From: Felis catus
Taxonomy: Eukaryota
Length of the DNA stretch: 64,000 nt
NCBI RefSeq assembly: GCF_018350175.1
Contig: NC_058368.1
Coordinates: 147,748,001 to 147,812,000 of the forward strand
Reading direction: 5' to 3'
In this document: positions 12,228-25,107 of the stretch, one piece after another
How positions within the stretch are numbered: the stretch's first letter is position 1
Layout of the letters: every line of letters begins with the position of its first letter
Made by a program: the position numbers and the translations under genes
The notes under the pieces: model-generated
Databases searched by the model: none
What the model was told of the DNA's origin: nothing
The model's input: only the letters and a program-made list of their open reading frames with translations

Positions 12228-12495
12228 CTATGTCTGCTGGGACTGCCATAACAAAATACCACAGATCAGGTGGATTAAACAACAAAAACTTCACACAGTT
12301 CTGTAGAGTAGAAGTCTCTGACCAAGGTTCCAGTAGGTTTGATTCTTTTGAAGTCTCCTTGGCTTGCAGATTATCATTTTCATGCCATATCCTCACGTGG
12401 CCTTTTCACTGTGCTCATGCATCCCTGGGGTCTCCTCTTATAAATACTCCAGTCTTGTTCTACTTAAGAATTTTGGTGGAACACAATGTAGTCTG
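12228..12495 (-). mobile_element. MaLR LTR (MLT1A-like), partial
   Basis: gactgccataacaaaataccacagatcaggtggattaaacaac...tcacacagttct...ggcttgcaga...cctcacgtgg. Confidence 0.8.
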
Positions 12496-12520
12496 TAACT
12501 AGAACTTCACAAATTTGTTT

Positions 12521-12523
<3 letters not shown>

Positions 12524-12571
<48 letters not shown>

Positions 12572-12578
12572 ACACACA
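12524..12578. repeat. (CA)n microsatellite
   Basis: Direct reading. Confidence 0.97.
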
Positions 12579-12892
12579 TTGATCAACATACCCAAGAGCT
12601 ATGCATAAGCACCCAATCATATGGTAGTTTTAAGTCAAATATTTGATAATTAAATTAAATATAATTGGAGCGAAGATTCCAGTGAAAATACAAAGATTGT
12701 TAGACTGTATGAAAAACTGTAGTCAAACACTGTATTATTTGTAAGAAACAAAATATAAGATTACAGAAAATGGGAGGTTGGAAAATAGAATATGCAGAAA
12801 TACCAAAGGAAACTGATGAAGTTATATGATTATCAAAATAGAATTCAAAAAGTTAGTAAAAATATATCACAGATGAAAGTGTAACCATTATA

Positions 12893-13121
12893 GGGATGCC
12901 TGGGTGACTCAGTTGGTTGAGTTTCCAACTCTTGATCAGGTCACAATCTCACAGTTTGTGAGCTCACACCCCACATGAGGCTCTGCGTGTACAGCATGGA
13001 GCCTGCTTGGAATTCTGTCTACCTGTCTCTCTGCCCCTACCCCAGTCATTCTCTCTCTCTCTCTTTCTCAAAAAAAAAAAAAAATAAATAAATAAATAAA
13101 TAAATAAAAACTTAAAAAAAA
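12893..13121 (+). mobile_element. Can-SINE
   Basis: gggatgcctgggtgactcagttggtt...(CT)n, A/TAAA tail; TSD gaaagtgtaacc on both sides. Confidence 0.93.
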
Positions 13122-13395
13122 GAAAGTGTAACCCTTTATTTTGATAAATAATGAAACCCAGAAAAATACAACACAATTAAAAACATGTACATTTTAAAAT
13201 ATGGTATCGAAATATATAAAGTGAAATTGGAAGATCTGAAAGGAAAAATAGACAAACTCAAGACTGTACTGGAGAACTTTAGCTATCAATAAAACATGTA
13301 GATATGTATTTGAAAACAATGTATAAACTTTCAACAGCAGAATTAATTACTTAATCTATATATCATTATATGTTAATATATGTATATTTTTAAAT

Positions 13396-13427
13396 ATTTT
13401 TTAATGTTTATTTTTCACAGAGGGAGA

Positions 13428-13468
<41 letters not shown>

Positions 13469-13628
13469 TGGGGGAAGGGCAGAGAGAGAGAGGGAGACAC
13501 AGAATCCTAAGCAGGCTCCAATCTGAGCTGTCAGCACAGAGCTGTCATCAGGGCTCAAACTCATGGACAATGAGATCATGACCTGAGCCGAAGTCAGACA
13601 CTTAACTGACTGAGCTACTCAGGGTCCC
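13396..13628 (-). mobile_element. Can-SINE
   Basis: Standard body; flanked by the direct repeat aatatatgtatatttttaaat (13375-13395, 13629-13649). Confidence 0.93.
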
Positions 13629-13639
13629 AATATATGTAT

Positions 13640-13716
13640 ATTTTTAAATGTTTATTTATTTATTTTGAGAGAGTAAGGGGTGTGCACTTGGGCATGCAGG
13701 AACAGGATGGGGGGGG

Positions 13717-13764
<48 letters not shown>

Positions 13765-13892
13765 CCCAAGCAGACTCTGTGCTACCAGCATAAAGACCAA
13801 TGTGGGGCTTGATCTCACAAACCCTGATATCATGACCTGAGCCGAAATCAAGAGTTGGACACTTAACCCATTGAGCCACCTAGGTAGCCCCC
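13640..13892 (-). mobile_element. Can-SINE
   Basis: (GA)n, gaatcccaagcagactc, atcatgacctgagccgaaatcaagag. Confidence 0.92.
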
Positions 13893-13898
13893 CACCCC

Positions 13899-14015
13899 TT
13901 TTTTTAAAGTTCAATTTCTTTTTAATCAGTAATCTCTATACCCAGCGTGGGGCTTGAGCTCACACCCTCCAGATCAAGAGTTGTGTGCTCTTCTGACTGA
14001 GTCAGCTAGGCACCC
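13899..14015 (-). mobile_element. Short old Can-SINE without a (CT)n linker (SINEC_old-like, tRNA-Lys derived)
   Basis: agtaatctctatacccagcgtggggcttga...gatcaagagttg...ctgagtcagctaggcaccc. Confidence 0.85.
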
Positions 14016-14734
14016 TGTATGCTAATATATATTAATTTGTGTGTATTATAATATACATTAATTTACATATATAGAATTCAAAGCCAAACAGCAAAACGAA
14101 CATTCTTTTAAAGCACATATGGGCTTTGTACAGAAATGACCATATGCTAGTATACTTCAGCAAAATTTAAAAGGCTGAATTTATATAAAGTATATTTTCT
14201 AAATTCATTGCCATTACCTAGAAATAAATTTATCATATGTTTAGGAATAAAGAAATATAATTTAAAATAGCAGGTGAAAAATAAAGTCACAATGGTGATC
14301 AGAAAGTGTTTTGAGCTGAATGATAAAATGAAAATACTACAAATCAAATCACTGAGATACAAGTGAATCTATCCTTAGAGAAAAATGTGTAGCTCTAACT
14401 GGATTTTGTAGGAAAGGTTTTTAAGAACAGCTAAAAGGTACACAGGTGTTTTATGTTCAAAATCAATTGGCAAACACTTAGACTCATTGCCATAGCCAAT
14501 GAAAAGGAACGCTGGGGAATGTAATATTTTACGATGCATCTAGACAACATTTAACAAAAAAATGTATATTACTAGGGGAAGATAGGAAAATATATATGGA
14601 ATTCAGTTAGCAGCAATTGCCACACAGTAGCGGTTGGTAAGAGAAATGTGAGCCTGACTCCTATGGACTTAATTTTCCCATCACATGTGACCTGCACAGA
14701 ATGTACTTATAGTTTCCACTGTATTTCTTAGCAT

Positions 14735-15150
14735 GATCAACTTTACCTGCAGTAACAATCTCAAAATCTCAATGGTTCATCAGAATAAAGCTTTACTTTA
14801 TGTCTGTTGCAGAGTCAAATGTGAATTAAAAGGGTGGGAGATGGATGGTTGTTCTGCTCCAGGGGGTCATTCAGAAACCTAGGCATCTTCTCTCTCTTAC
14901 CCTAGAACCCAGGAGTCCTCTGGCTTCTGAATCTCCTGTCTCTCTCTTGTAGACAAAAGGAGAGAGAAGGTTTGGAGGATTATATGAACATCTCCCATAG
15001 TAATTTCAAATGTGGTATACGTCACATTTCATTGGCAAGCACTTAATCACATGATTCTATCTACAAAGGGGGCTGGACACTGTAGTCTACATGCCGAGGA
15101 TGAACACAGAAACAATTTCCCGACCGGAAGGCCAGTTTTTGCTATGTGCA
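14735..15150 (-). mobile_element. Old MaLR LTR (MLT1J/K/L-like)
   Basis: gcagtaacaatctcaaaatctcaatgg...cacatttcattggcaagcacttaatcacatg...gggggctggacactgtagtc. Confidence 0.6.
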
Positions 15151-15377
15151 CAGTTTTCTAGTACATAATTCCTTAAACAATGCTAATACAACTAGAGTAG
15201 CAATATAATATTCTTCTCAGAGTATATGTTATAGGTAAAAACATGTTGGAATTAAATTAAATTAATCCCACTTTACACTGAAGTACACCTTACAGTTGTG
15301 AATTATGTCTTTCAAAACTACCATTATTTCTGAAATATCCTTATGATTGATGTTGAAGAAAGCATGGTTATTTACCT

Positions 15378-15610
15378 ATTTTTTAAACATTTTTTAAATG
15401 TTTATTTATTATTCTGAGAGAGAGACAGACAGACAGACAGACCATGAGCAGGGGAGGGGCAGAGAGAGAGGGAGACACAGATTCTGAAACAGTCTTTAGG
15501 CTCGGAGCTATCAGTGCACAGCTGGACTTGGGGCTCTGAACTCATGGACTGCAAGATTATGACCTGAGCTGAAGTCAGACGCTTCACTGACTGAGCCATC
15601 CAGTCACCCC
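15378..15610 (-). mobile_element. Can-SINE
   Basis: Standard body with a (GACA)n/(GA)n linker. Confidence 0.92.
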
Positions 15611-15935
15611 TACTTATTTTTATATATCAGATAGGAGAACTTATTTTTAAATATAATGTTAGGAGAACAAAAACATTTTTTATCAAATGTGGCCAACTTT
15701 TTTAAACTTCTGTCATGAATAAAATGCTATGAAAATAGGTTTGTTCCATGGTGCTCCTGTTTTTTTTCCTAATTAAAATTTATTACAGAAATAATATATA
15801 ACCAAGGATGATTTATTCCACTTAAAATATTCAATATGTCCTTAACATTACAAAATGTATGTCCTGATCAAGTATGAGTCCACCAAATGTGATTTCAAAG
15901 AGAGCAAACGATTTCATTAAACAAGATACCACTAT

Positions 15936-16149
15936 GGGGCGCCTGGGTGGCGCAGTCGGTTAAGAGTCCGACTTCAGCCAGGTCACGATCTCGCGGTCCG
16001 TGAGTTCGAGCCCCGCGTCGCGCTCTGGGCTGATGGCTCAGAGCCTGGAGCCTGCTTCCGATTCTGTGTCTCCCTCTCTCTCTGCCCCTCCCCCGTTCAT
16101 GCTCTGTCTCTCTGTCTCAAAAATAAATAAAAAACGTTAAAAAAAAAAT
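15936..16149 (+). mobile_element. Young felid SINE (SINEC_Fc-like)
   Basis: ggggcgcctgggtggcgcagtcggttaag...; CpGs retained; TSD aagataccact (15923-15933, 16150-16160). Confidence 0.97.
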
Positions 16150-17414
16150 AAGATACCACTGAATGTCTACCATCTAATTCAATACAAATTTGATGACAAG
16201 TGTCTCTTTCAAAGTTGTTTTTCCAATATTTTTAATTGTGCATATGTCATAAAAATGAGGTCCCCAAATGATAAAACAAAAACTATTAGAATAAACAAAG
16301 TAATACAGATGAATTAAAAAAACTATATTGCGATTGCTGAAATATAAGCTAAAATATGGTTATCCTATTTTCTAAGCCTCTGGAAAAAAACATTAACATA
16401 ACAAAACACAAAACAGCTACAATAACGTCCTAGCATTCCTTTCTTATAGGAAAACTTGTTGATTTTCTTGCTGAATTGATATACAGTATTTACTTCTGTT
16501 GCTGACTCCAGCACTTTGTTCCATCTCATTAATTCAAGGAGTAAGAAACATCAAGGAACATCAGGAACATCATTAATCCAAAGACCATTTCTGGCCATGC
16601 CTAAGTGAAGCTATTAAAGATATTTCAAGATCTGACTAAAATAGTTATTAAAAAGCCTAACCACTATGTCTCAATTTATTTTCCTAGATAATTGTTACAT
16701 CTTTGTTTTGGGTCATGGATTGATACATGTCTTTGGTTTCATTTGCTGCATTATTTTCAGGCCAAGGTGAAAAGAAAATCAAAGTCACAATCAAAACTAC
16801 AAAAAATCTCAAGCTAAGTTTTAGAATTTTCCCATATCATAATACAGTTCTCGTAGAAGGTATGGTTTACTTAGAACCATTAGACACTCTGGTGTATGAT
16901 CATCTTTCATAGTCTGTATTAAGCAGAAAGTTCAGTTGTTATTCTATGTTTTGTTTAAGAATTGTAATTATATGTCACTACCTGATTAAGAAGTTCAACG
17001 GTGCATTACAGGTACATATATGGGCAAGCAGCATGAGCTTTCTGAATTGATTTTTATTTAAATGCATACTACTTTGGGTTTAGTATAATTTTACCACCCA
17101 TTTATAATTTTACATTTAAAAGTGTGATTATTTCATTAATATCTGTTTCCCCACAAGACTGATAGCCTCATGGTGACAGCGACCTTATCTATTTCTCCAC
17201 CCTAGCCCAGATAACCTAATCCCTGCTATACAGTTAATAGTTGATGAATGTTTGATTAAAAAACATTAAATTAATCAAATACACTGATAGCAAAATAATA
17301 AAATGTATAAATTGTTTTATTCTTGATTTTTTTCTGTCCATATTAATGATTAATTTAATTTTAAATGGTGGCATGGGAAGATACATACCTGCATTGATGC
17401 ACGTAACACCCATA

Positions 17415-17477
<63 letters not shown>
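17415..17477. repeat. Compound (CT)n(CA)n microsatellite
   Basis: Direct reading. Confidence 0.97.
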
Positions 17478-17479
<2 letters not shown>

Positions 17480-18004
17480 TTTTTTTCTAAATTACCAGAC
17501 ATGGAAAGAGTTTAAAGTAACTAAGTCTGACATAATGATTATTTTCCCTCCATTTATTCAAATACATTGACATCAGATCCAAATGTATTCATTTTTTACT
17601 TTTAGATTTTTAAATAGTCATTTTTCTATTTATTTCTTTTTATATGACTCAAGGGACAAGGATTTCTAGGGAATTGCCCAGAACTACATAAACTATGTCT
17701 CTAAACTAGCCAGGATTTTTAAAAATTTTTTTATTTTTGATTGATACTGGTTAATCATCCCCATTAAAATGGGGTGGATGCTTTTATTCCTAAACTGAGA
17801 TCCTATACTTTCAGTCCATTTTATCTTCTCTCTTAGTAATTCTCAGAGCAATTGTAATTATCATCTTGTGTTTTCCCAAACCTTCATCATAAAACTCACT
17901 GAAGCTCACTTCCCACTTAGCACTGTATAGACCCAGAATCCGTAATACGGTTCATGGATCCATCCTGCTCTGCATCAAAGCCATCAAAGGCACTTTGAAT
18001 CTAG

Positions 18005-18240
18005 AGGCAGCATGCTATAGAAGAAAGAGAAACACCAACTACAGTTGTTACAAAACTTAGAGTTCATTTCCAGTTTTGGCCTTCAGAAGCTGTTTAAGCA
18101 TGTGTATTCTGCTAATGTTTCTGATCTTGGGATTTCTTATCTGCAAATGGTGATCATTCTATATTAACAAAGTTAATAGCACTTACCTTATTAATAATTA
18201 TAAGCTACATATATGTAAGTTACTCAGAGAAGTCAGTTTC
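18005..18240 (+). mobile_element. MIR fragment
   Basis: ggcagcatgctatag...tttcttatctgcaaatgg...atagcacttacct. Confidence 0.55.
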
Positions 18241-19644
18241 TGGCTACAACATTAGAATGACTAATTATTAGCTGAATTCAATAAAAGTATAATGTCATCT
18301 GGGAAGGAAGCCATTGAAAAGAACATAAGGAACATTACAAAAACAAATTTTACTTGGTCAAAATTTTCTAAGAGATTTCTCTGGTTATAAAAATGTCACC
18401 ATAGCACAACTTTGCATTAGATTTCCTTATTTAACAACAAGGCCAGACTGAGTTTCTGCATTCTTCTGGAAGGCAAGAGACTTCCAGTTATTTCTAATCA
18501 TACTCGTACACATTTTCATATTAACCTAAAAATATTTTAATAAAATTACAGAGTGGAAGAAATTATCTAGAACACCTAGTTCTAAACTTTTTTAAAACAA
18601 AACAATTGATATAGAGGGTAATTATGACTTTCTCATGGTTTCTTAATACCAAACAGAGAGAATAAATGTCAAAACTCTTCATTCCTTCTAGCATACTGGC
18701 TCTGACCTCACTGATTTGCTAAGGTCCAGTTCCTTTCTATTCTCCAATTCCTGTTAAATTAAAACTAATTCTACCACCAAAAGAATGTCCTGCAAAATTA
18801 CACCGACTGGGTCTTTTCCAAGTTCAGAATCGTGCAATGGAAGTACCTATATTTCTATCTACTTCTTGTGTTTTATGATTAATCATGACATTTGCATAAC
18901 CTCTGTATTTGATCTGCACCACTGAGGAAAACACAGAGAAAGAAAGCATGAGTGGTTAGTGACTGCTAGAGTACTTTGCCCATAGCCTGTGGTATGAAAG
19001 GACAGGAGTGGGTTTAAAGTTCTTGGAAATAAAGAGTCAGAAATCCAAAAGTGAGTAGAGACTTCAGAATTTGCCAGCAGATCCCACTAGGTTAGTATTT
19101 ATAATCCAATCTGCTGGAGTTTATGAAGCAGAAGAGTGAAAAATGTGAGACTCTGCTTGAGGCTGAAAACAAAAGAAGAGTGCCTCATTCTGACTTATGA
19201 GACTTATAGGCCAATAAATCTAACATGAGAAATACCATCCTTTAAAAATGAATACATGTTCATCTGTGATTTTGATCTCTAAAAATGATCTTGTTTTGAG
19301 AAATAGATTTGAAACGTTGAGCCACTCAGGTTTGCTTACATTCTCTACACTATATTTATTTGGGTAGTGTAAAATGATCATCAAACTACTCATCAAATCT
19401 AACAGATGTTAAATATTGAAAGACAACTTCACCTGGCATGGACATGTTACTGAAATGATTCTATAATATGGATGCTATATCATGCTTGAGGGGCACTCTT
19501 CAGAAACATAGAACTCTTTAGAAACCCTTTTCTTTATATAAAGAATGACCAAGCTCAAGTGCAAGATGAGAATGGGATGACACAGAAATTTGTGATCGCT
19601 TCTGCATTCCTAGTTTAAAATTTCAATGATACATTCTTATACTT

Positions 19645-20522
19645 AATATATTAAAGGAAAATGAAATATTTAAAACTCATGATTTCCTAAATATTTAGCT
19701 ACATTTTACTACTGTATACACTCTTGGAGTTATTTACATCTATCGTATCAGTGGGGTGAAAATAGTATGTAAGGGTGGGTTACTACTGAATATCTCTTCT
19801 CAGATATGTTCAGAGATGTTGGAGTCATGAAATTGGTCCTAGCTGGTAGGGTCTACAACACAGAAATTGTCAAATACTATAAATCAGTGATTGACTTATT
19901 GATTGATTATTATCCCTTTTTTAGTAAAAGGTGAAAGATTTATGCGATCTGAAGAGAAACCAGAGTACTATTGTCCCTTTTTAAAAAAATATGATAAGGA
20001 AAATACAGTAATGAAGGTAAAACTTTAAATTATGCTGTGTCTGCAGTTGTTATGTTGTGAATAGCACAAAACATTTAGAACATTTTCTTCTAGTATTCAA
20101 AAACTATCACCTAAGTTACCAAAGAAGTCACTCTTGCCATTGACTAGTGAGAGAAGTTCAAACATAGAATGTGTCTTCTTTGTTTCACTTTTGTCTTACT
20201 CTGGAACATAAACAAAAATATCAACAAGGATTAATATCAGAATTATACTTGTCAATGATGTAAGTGACTATTCTGTTGTACCAGATAGTAATTAAACATT
20301 TATTCATGACTTTGAGACACTACCCTTGATAACAGAATTGTTAAATAGTAGACTTTGGAAGAAATGACAATTCAATTTAGAGTTATAAGTATGCAGAATT
20401 CTTGATAAAGAAATTGTTTTACATGTCCCTCATAGTAGAAAGCTTTTTAATAACTTAATATATGTATGTATACACATGCTTTTTTTCTCTCAAAGACCCA
20501 GTTTCAAAATTTTGCCAGCTCA
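19645..20522. mobile_element. Arthur1-like DNA transposon (hAT-Tip100), non-autonomous relic
   Basis: aaaactcatgatttcctaaatatttagctacattttactact...gttatttacatctatcgtatc...cacagaaattgtcaaatactataaatcag matches the recalled Arthur1 consensus; ends aaaattttgccagctca. Confidence 0.75.
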
Positions 20523-20683
20523 AAGAGAAAGTCTTGATATCATATAGAATGATTTCTGATGAGTTTTGGTGCCTACCTGGAACTATTACAAAGATTTGAA
20601 CAGATGACAGGCAAGATCTAATGTTTAAAAGAATCGTTCTCTGATATTGTATTGAGAATAGACTGATGGTAATAACCTAGTAT

Positions 20684-20835
20684 CAGTGACCCCTAATTTT
20701 TAGATAGGGACCCATGACTTAGGATAAAATTACGTTTCCTAGACAATGCTTGCGCTAAGCTGGGCCCATGTGATTGAACTCTGGCTAACAGGTTGTGGGT
20801 GAAAGTAATGGGCACAGCCTCCGGATTACTTAAAG
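20684..20835. mobile_element. LTR33/LTR16-like ERVL LTR fragment
   Basis: cttgcgctaagctgggcccatgtgattgaactctggctaacaggttgtgggtgaaagt. Confidence 0.55.
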
Positions 20836-20859
20836 GAGAAGTATATTATGTTTCTTGTC

Positions 20860-20985
20860 TACATATGAGGACACTGAGATAGGTCAACTGAAGTATCTTG
20901 TCCAATGTCATACAATCAGTAAACAAGAAACCTGCATCTCAAACTCAGTTGGCTTCTTTCTAGAATCTGTTTGAAGCCACTATAT
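20860..20985 (-). mobile_element. MIR fragment
   Basis: atgaggacactgaga...aagtatcttgtccaatgtcatacaatcagtaa. Confidence 0.65.
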
Positions 20986-21120
20986 TAAAGGGCCTTATAG
21001 TATGTGATGTTTTTTTCACACCAGTATGTGTCAGATGGTGGTTTAAAATTACTAGAGGATTTATATTTCCAGTATATATTTTAAGCAGTCAATACAATTT
21101 CATTGAAGTCAAGATGGGTT

Positions 21121-21319
21121 GGGTCACCTGGGTGGCTCAATTAAGTTTCCGATTCTTGATTTCTGCTCAGGTCATGATCTCATGGTCATGGGATCAAGTC
21201 CCACATTAGGCTCCACGCTGAGTATGAAGCCTGCTTAAGATTCTCTCTCCCTCTCCCTGTGGCCCTCTCTTCAGCTCACACTCTATCTCTCTCTCTCAAA
21301 ATAAATAAACATTTTTAAA
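21121..21319 (+). mobile_element. Can-SINE
   Basis: TSD aagtcaagatgggtt (21106-21120, 21320-21334). Confidence 0.95.
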
Positions 21320-24300
21320 AAGTCAAGATGGGTTGGGGAGATGGACAGATGGATGCCTTGGTCTGTGGATCAGAGGCTGCTGCAAGATACGCAGCATTGT
21401 CTTGTAACTCACCGCTTGCATATCATTTCAGGTAAAATAAATTTAATCTGTATGATTGTGGTTGTGTATTTGTAGATACACACACATAAACACATGTACA
21501 CATACATGTATATGTGTGTGTACATGTGTATATGTGTGTGTATCTATGTATCAGTGATAAACTTAAAAATTTCAAAAATATATGCCTAAATGACGATTTT
21601 TAGTTTAGCCTACATTTAGTTTATGTAATTTTAATTCAGCATCATAGACACTATTATTCTAAGTCTCAAGAATGTGATCACTCAGAAATCATAAGAGCAT
21701 AATCTAGTTTGGCTTTATTTCTGAGAAAATAAAAAGGCATGTTTGGAACCATTAAGTGATTTAAAAACTACCAACGTGCACAGTTATTTACCTCCAAAAC
21801 ACAACAAACTAGAAGCAAACATGGATTTTGACTTCTTGAATGATAAATAAGGGTCTCTGAATTCCAACATCTTTGCATTTGCTTTCTGTAGCCTCAGCAT
21901 AATCACTGCCAACAATTTCAAAATATGAAATATTTCAAAGAACTTTATACAAAGCCTGTCAATAATTTAATTTGCAGATAAGATGAAACCAGGAGAGCAG
22001 CAAAAATTGACAACATACCCGAAAGAACACTATATTATTATAAAATGCCAAAGTCTAAACCTAAAAAAGCATGTTAGGAGAAAGTTTTCAAATTACTGGG
22101 GCTATCATACTCTAATTTATTTTAGTGTGGACTTCTCTGTTGTCACAAATGATATGAGTGGGCAGACATTGCTTGACAAGCCTGTCTTAGCATCAGAACG
22201 GCTATGAAGAATAGGTCATATCAAAGAGAATGTTATTGAAGACACCCTCTTTTGTAAAACTTCAAATTGGATGGAGAAATTTGAGGGAAGAAGAGTTCAA
22301 TATTTCTCTGAAGCACTGAAAACTGTTTTTATTGAATCACCGGAAAAGGAGAGCACAGACTCTGTGAAATATAGCCATGGTAAAATGTGTGAATTCCTGT
22401 GGAAGGTGGAAAGCAATTTTCACAAGATTGGACTGTGAGGGTGTAAAGTTTAAAGAAGTTGCTTCTACAGCTAGATCCCAGTTCTCCAGTAGAAGAATAC
22501 CCTCCCCACCACCCATAGTGAAATAGTAGCACTGGAACTAGTAAAATTTGATGTGGTAAAGTGTCCCTTTTGAGTTTACAAGGAATAAGTTCTTCAAGAA
22601 ATAGTAACACTTGAGGATCTTAAAATACCTGTAATGTAAGACTCTATTGCAGGATGCTGTGTGGGTTCAAATGCAGAATGCTACCTAAAGATGCAAAAGC
22701 CAATTGTCTAGTAATTGCTGCAGCTGAATCATAAAGTGTACTTTCTTGACATTTCTTACTAAATGGTCTGAATAAATATAAATGACTGTGAGACTCTAAG
22801 TTTAGTCCTATACACAAGTGCAGATGAAATGAAAAAAAAATCATTTACTAATTTTGTTGAACTCAGTTCATACTTCCATCTGTGGGTACTGAACTCAAGT
22901 AGAAAATGTAGGCCATGCTTTTAAAACAATTACCTTTGTCCAGGGCAGTGTTTTAGATTTCATTTTAGCACTAGGATTTCAGATGAAGTAGCTCAGAGCC
23001 CACAGAAGTGAGCATGAGGAAAACATTCAGGGATGCTGTCTTTACAGGTAATTTCAAGTTGAGTGATGTATTTCTTTTTATGACTTTACATGTAACTTGG
23101 CTTGTGACTTTCTTTTTAGAAAGTTATCACAGAAATTATAAATGCAAAAACCTTTTTATTCTTCTCTCACAAGAACATAAACTGATGTAAACATGCATGT
23201 GTCTGAACACATATACACACATATATAATTTGGGAAGAAGGCCACAAAAGAATAAATTAAAACCCAAATTATTCATTCTAATGAAAGCAAAATAAAACTC
23301 AAAGTACCAACTTTAAGCAGTATTGGGTTAATTTCTCTCACGAAAAGAAGACAGATGTAGAAAATTCAGTTTTAATACAGTAGATTCACTTCTTAGGATC
23401 TAGGTCTTTTCCTTTTCTTATTTTGCTATCTTTGGCATGTGACTTTAATTTTTACGGTGTAAAGCGGCCATTCTACTTCCAGACATGTGATCGCCAATCC
23501 AGGCAAAAAAAAAAAAAAAAAAGTGGGGAAGGTAAATGGCAGGGGGTGGGAGGTGGTCCCCTGATTCCATCCACTTTTCAAGTGATTTCTGGGAGCCCCA
23601 CCAAGCAATTTCTGGTTATGCTTTTTCCTTTTAAAACTGGATCCTTGGCTATCCTAGTTACAAAGAGTAGCGAAAGGTTAATGTGTTAGCATTTTACAAC
23701 GTTATAACGAAGGAGGCCCAGGGACACCCAATCTTTGTATAGCCAATCATCATGCCTGCCACAGCAAATCCATAACTCAAATACTTCAACGTTATGGAAG
23801 TGTTTCATCACTTATTTCTAGACCAGTGAAACAAACTGTTTAATATTAGTTTTGCCAATATACTATAATTCAGATATTGGATAATAAAATTAAATGAAAG
23901 GAAAAAAATAAAGACATTTCTTATATTTAGAGACACTCTCATTCTCAAAGGCATTTGTAACAAGAAGTTAATATACATCATATAAAATGACTGTAATATA
24001 CTTTTTGAAAGTCCAAAAAACAGTATTTTGGTTGATTATTTCAGTAATTCTGGTTAAATTACCAGAATTTAGGCTAAAGAAGATTCTTAGCTGTTATTAC
24101 TAAAAAACTTTAAAAAGTTCTCTAATTTCTTTGTTGTGATTGAAACCATTAAATATTTAACAGTGCAGAAAATATTAAATCATGTTCTATGTTTCTGCCA
24201 ATATAGTTCATGGCTGAAAGTTCCTACTTGTGGAGCTCTCTAAAAACAGGTAATTTCAAAATCCCTCTCCCAGTAACTCAGAATAATTACCAGAGCCTTG

Positions 24301-25107
24301 AATTTTCTCTGAGACACCCTGGATCACAAATATTAACACCCCTGCTAGCATTTACTATGTTTAGTGTTACATTCAAAGTCTACAAACTGAAGAAACAGGC
24401 AGTATTTTCTGTTTTCTTCATCTGCCTTTTTTCTTACTAAATAAACTGAACATATTATGTAAAATGTCATGGAAAAAAGTTTAGTGAACATGGCTAACTT
24501 TGTAATAAAAAACAACAACAACTTTTGATAACCTCTGTTAGATTTAATGGAAAAATATCCTGTAAACTGCTATGCACAGGGCAGGGGAGAGGTTTGTGTT
24601 GCTCCTGGGAAGGCATGGGTAGGTACATGAGAATAAAAATAAAAGACTTTGAGAGAAATTGGATACCTTAGGCCTTGAGGTGGGTGTTGGGTCCTGTCAA
24701 TTACAACTCAAGTTTAGAAACACTTGAGTGGGATTCTTGTGAAAATTGGACAAGGGAGTTGAATTTTGTACACAATAGTTAAGGGAGAGGAAGAGAAAAC
24801 TACTAAAGGCAGCAGAATCCAAATGTGCAAGAAACCCTCAGCTTGTATTTGCATAATATAGACTTGAAGAAAATTGAGTTTGAAAGTTGAGACTGTTTTC
24901 CTTTAGTAGTAAATAAATTGCATGTTCTTGATCTGAACATAGCACAATTTTAAATAGAAGCAAAGGGTTTTTGTTCAGAGTTCTTTGATTAAATGAAACA
25001 AATTAAACAGGCTGACTTGTAGCCCATTATAGAACCTAGATTTGCAAGGGCTTTAGTCTGCTGGAAAGTAAGGAAAGGTAATTCTCTTAATTGAATGTAT
25101 GTATATA

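Larger units (their letters stand above)
11780..14420 (+). mobile_element. Ancient L1M ORF1/ORF2 remnants, interrupted by MLT1 and SINEs
   Basis: A-rich plus strand; ataactggaacacctgaaaaggagaaag...ttgaagagataatgg (ORF1-like); aaatatataaagtgaaattg...aaaatagacaa and cattcttttaaagcacatatgg (ORF2 endonuclease region). Confidence 0.6.

Noticed and set aside
21328..21437. Short open frame (MGWGDGQMDALVCG...) ending at CAG/GTAAAA
   Set aside because: Starts inside a SINE TSD, has a weak donor, and shows no known homology
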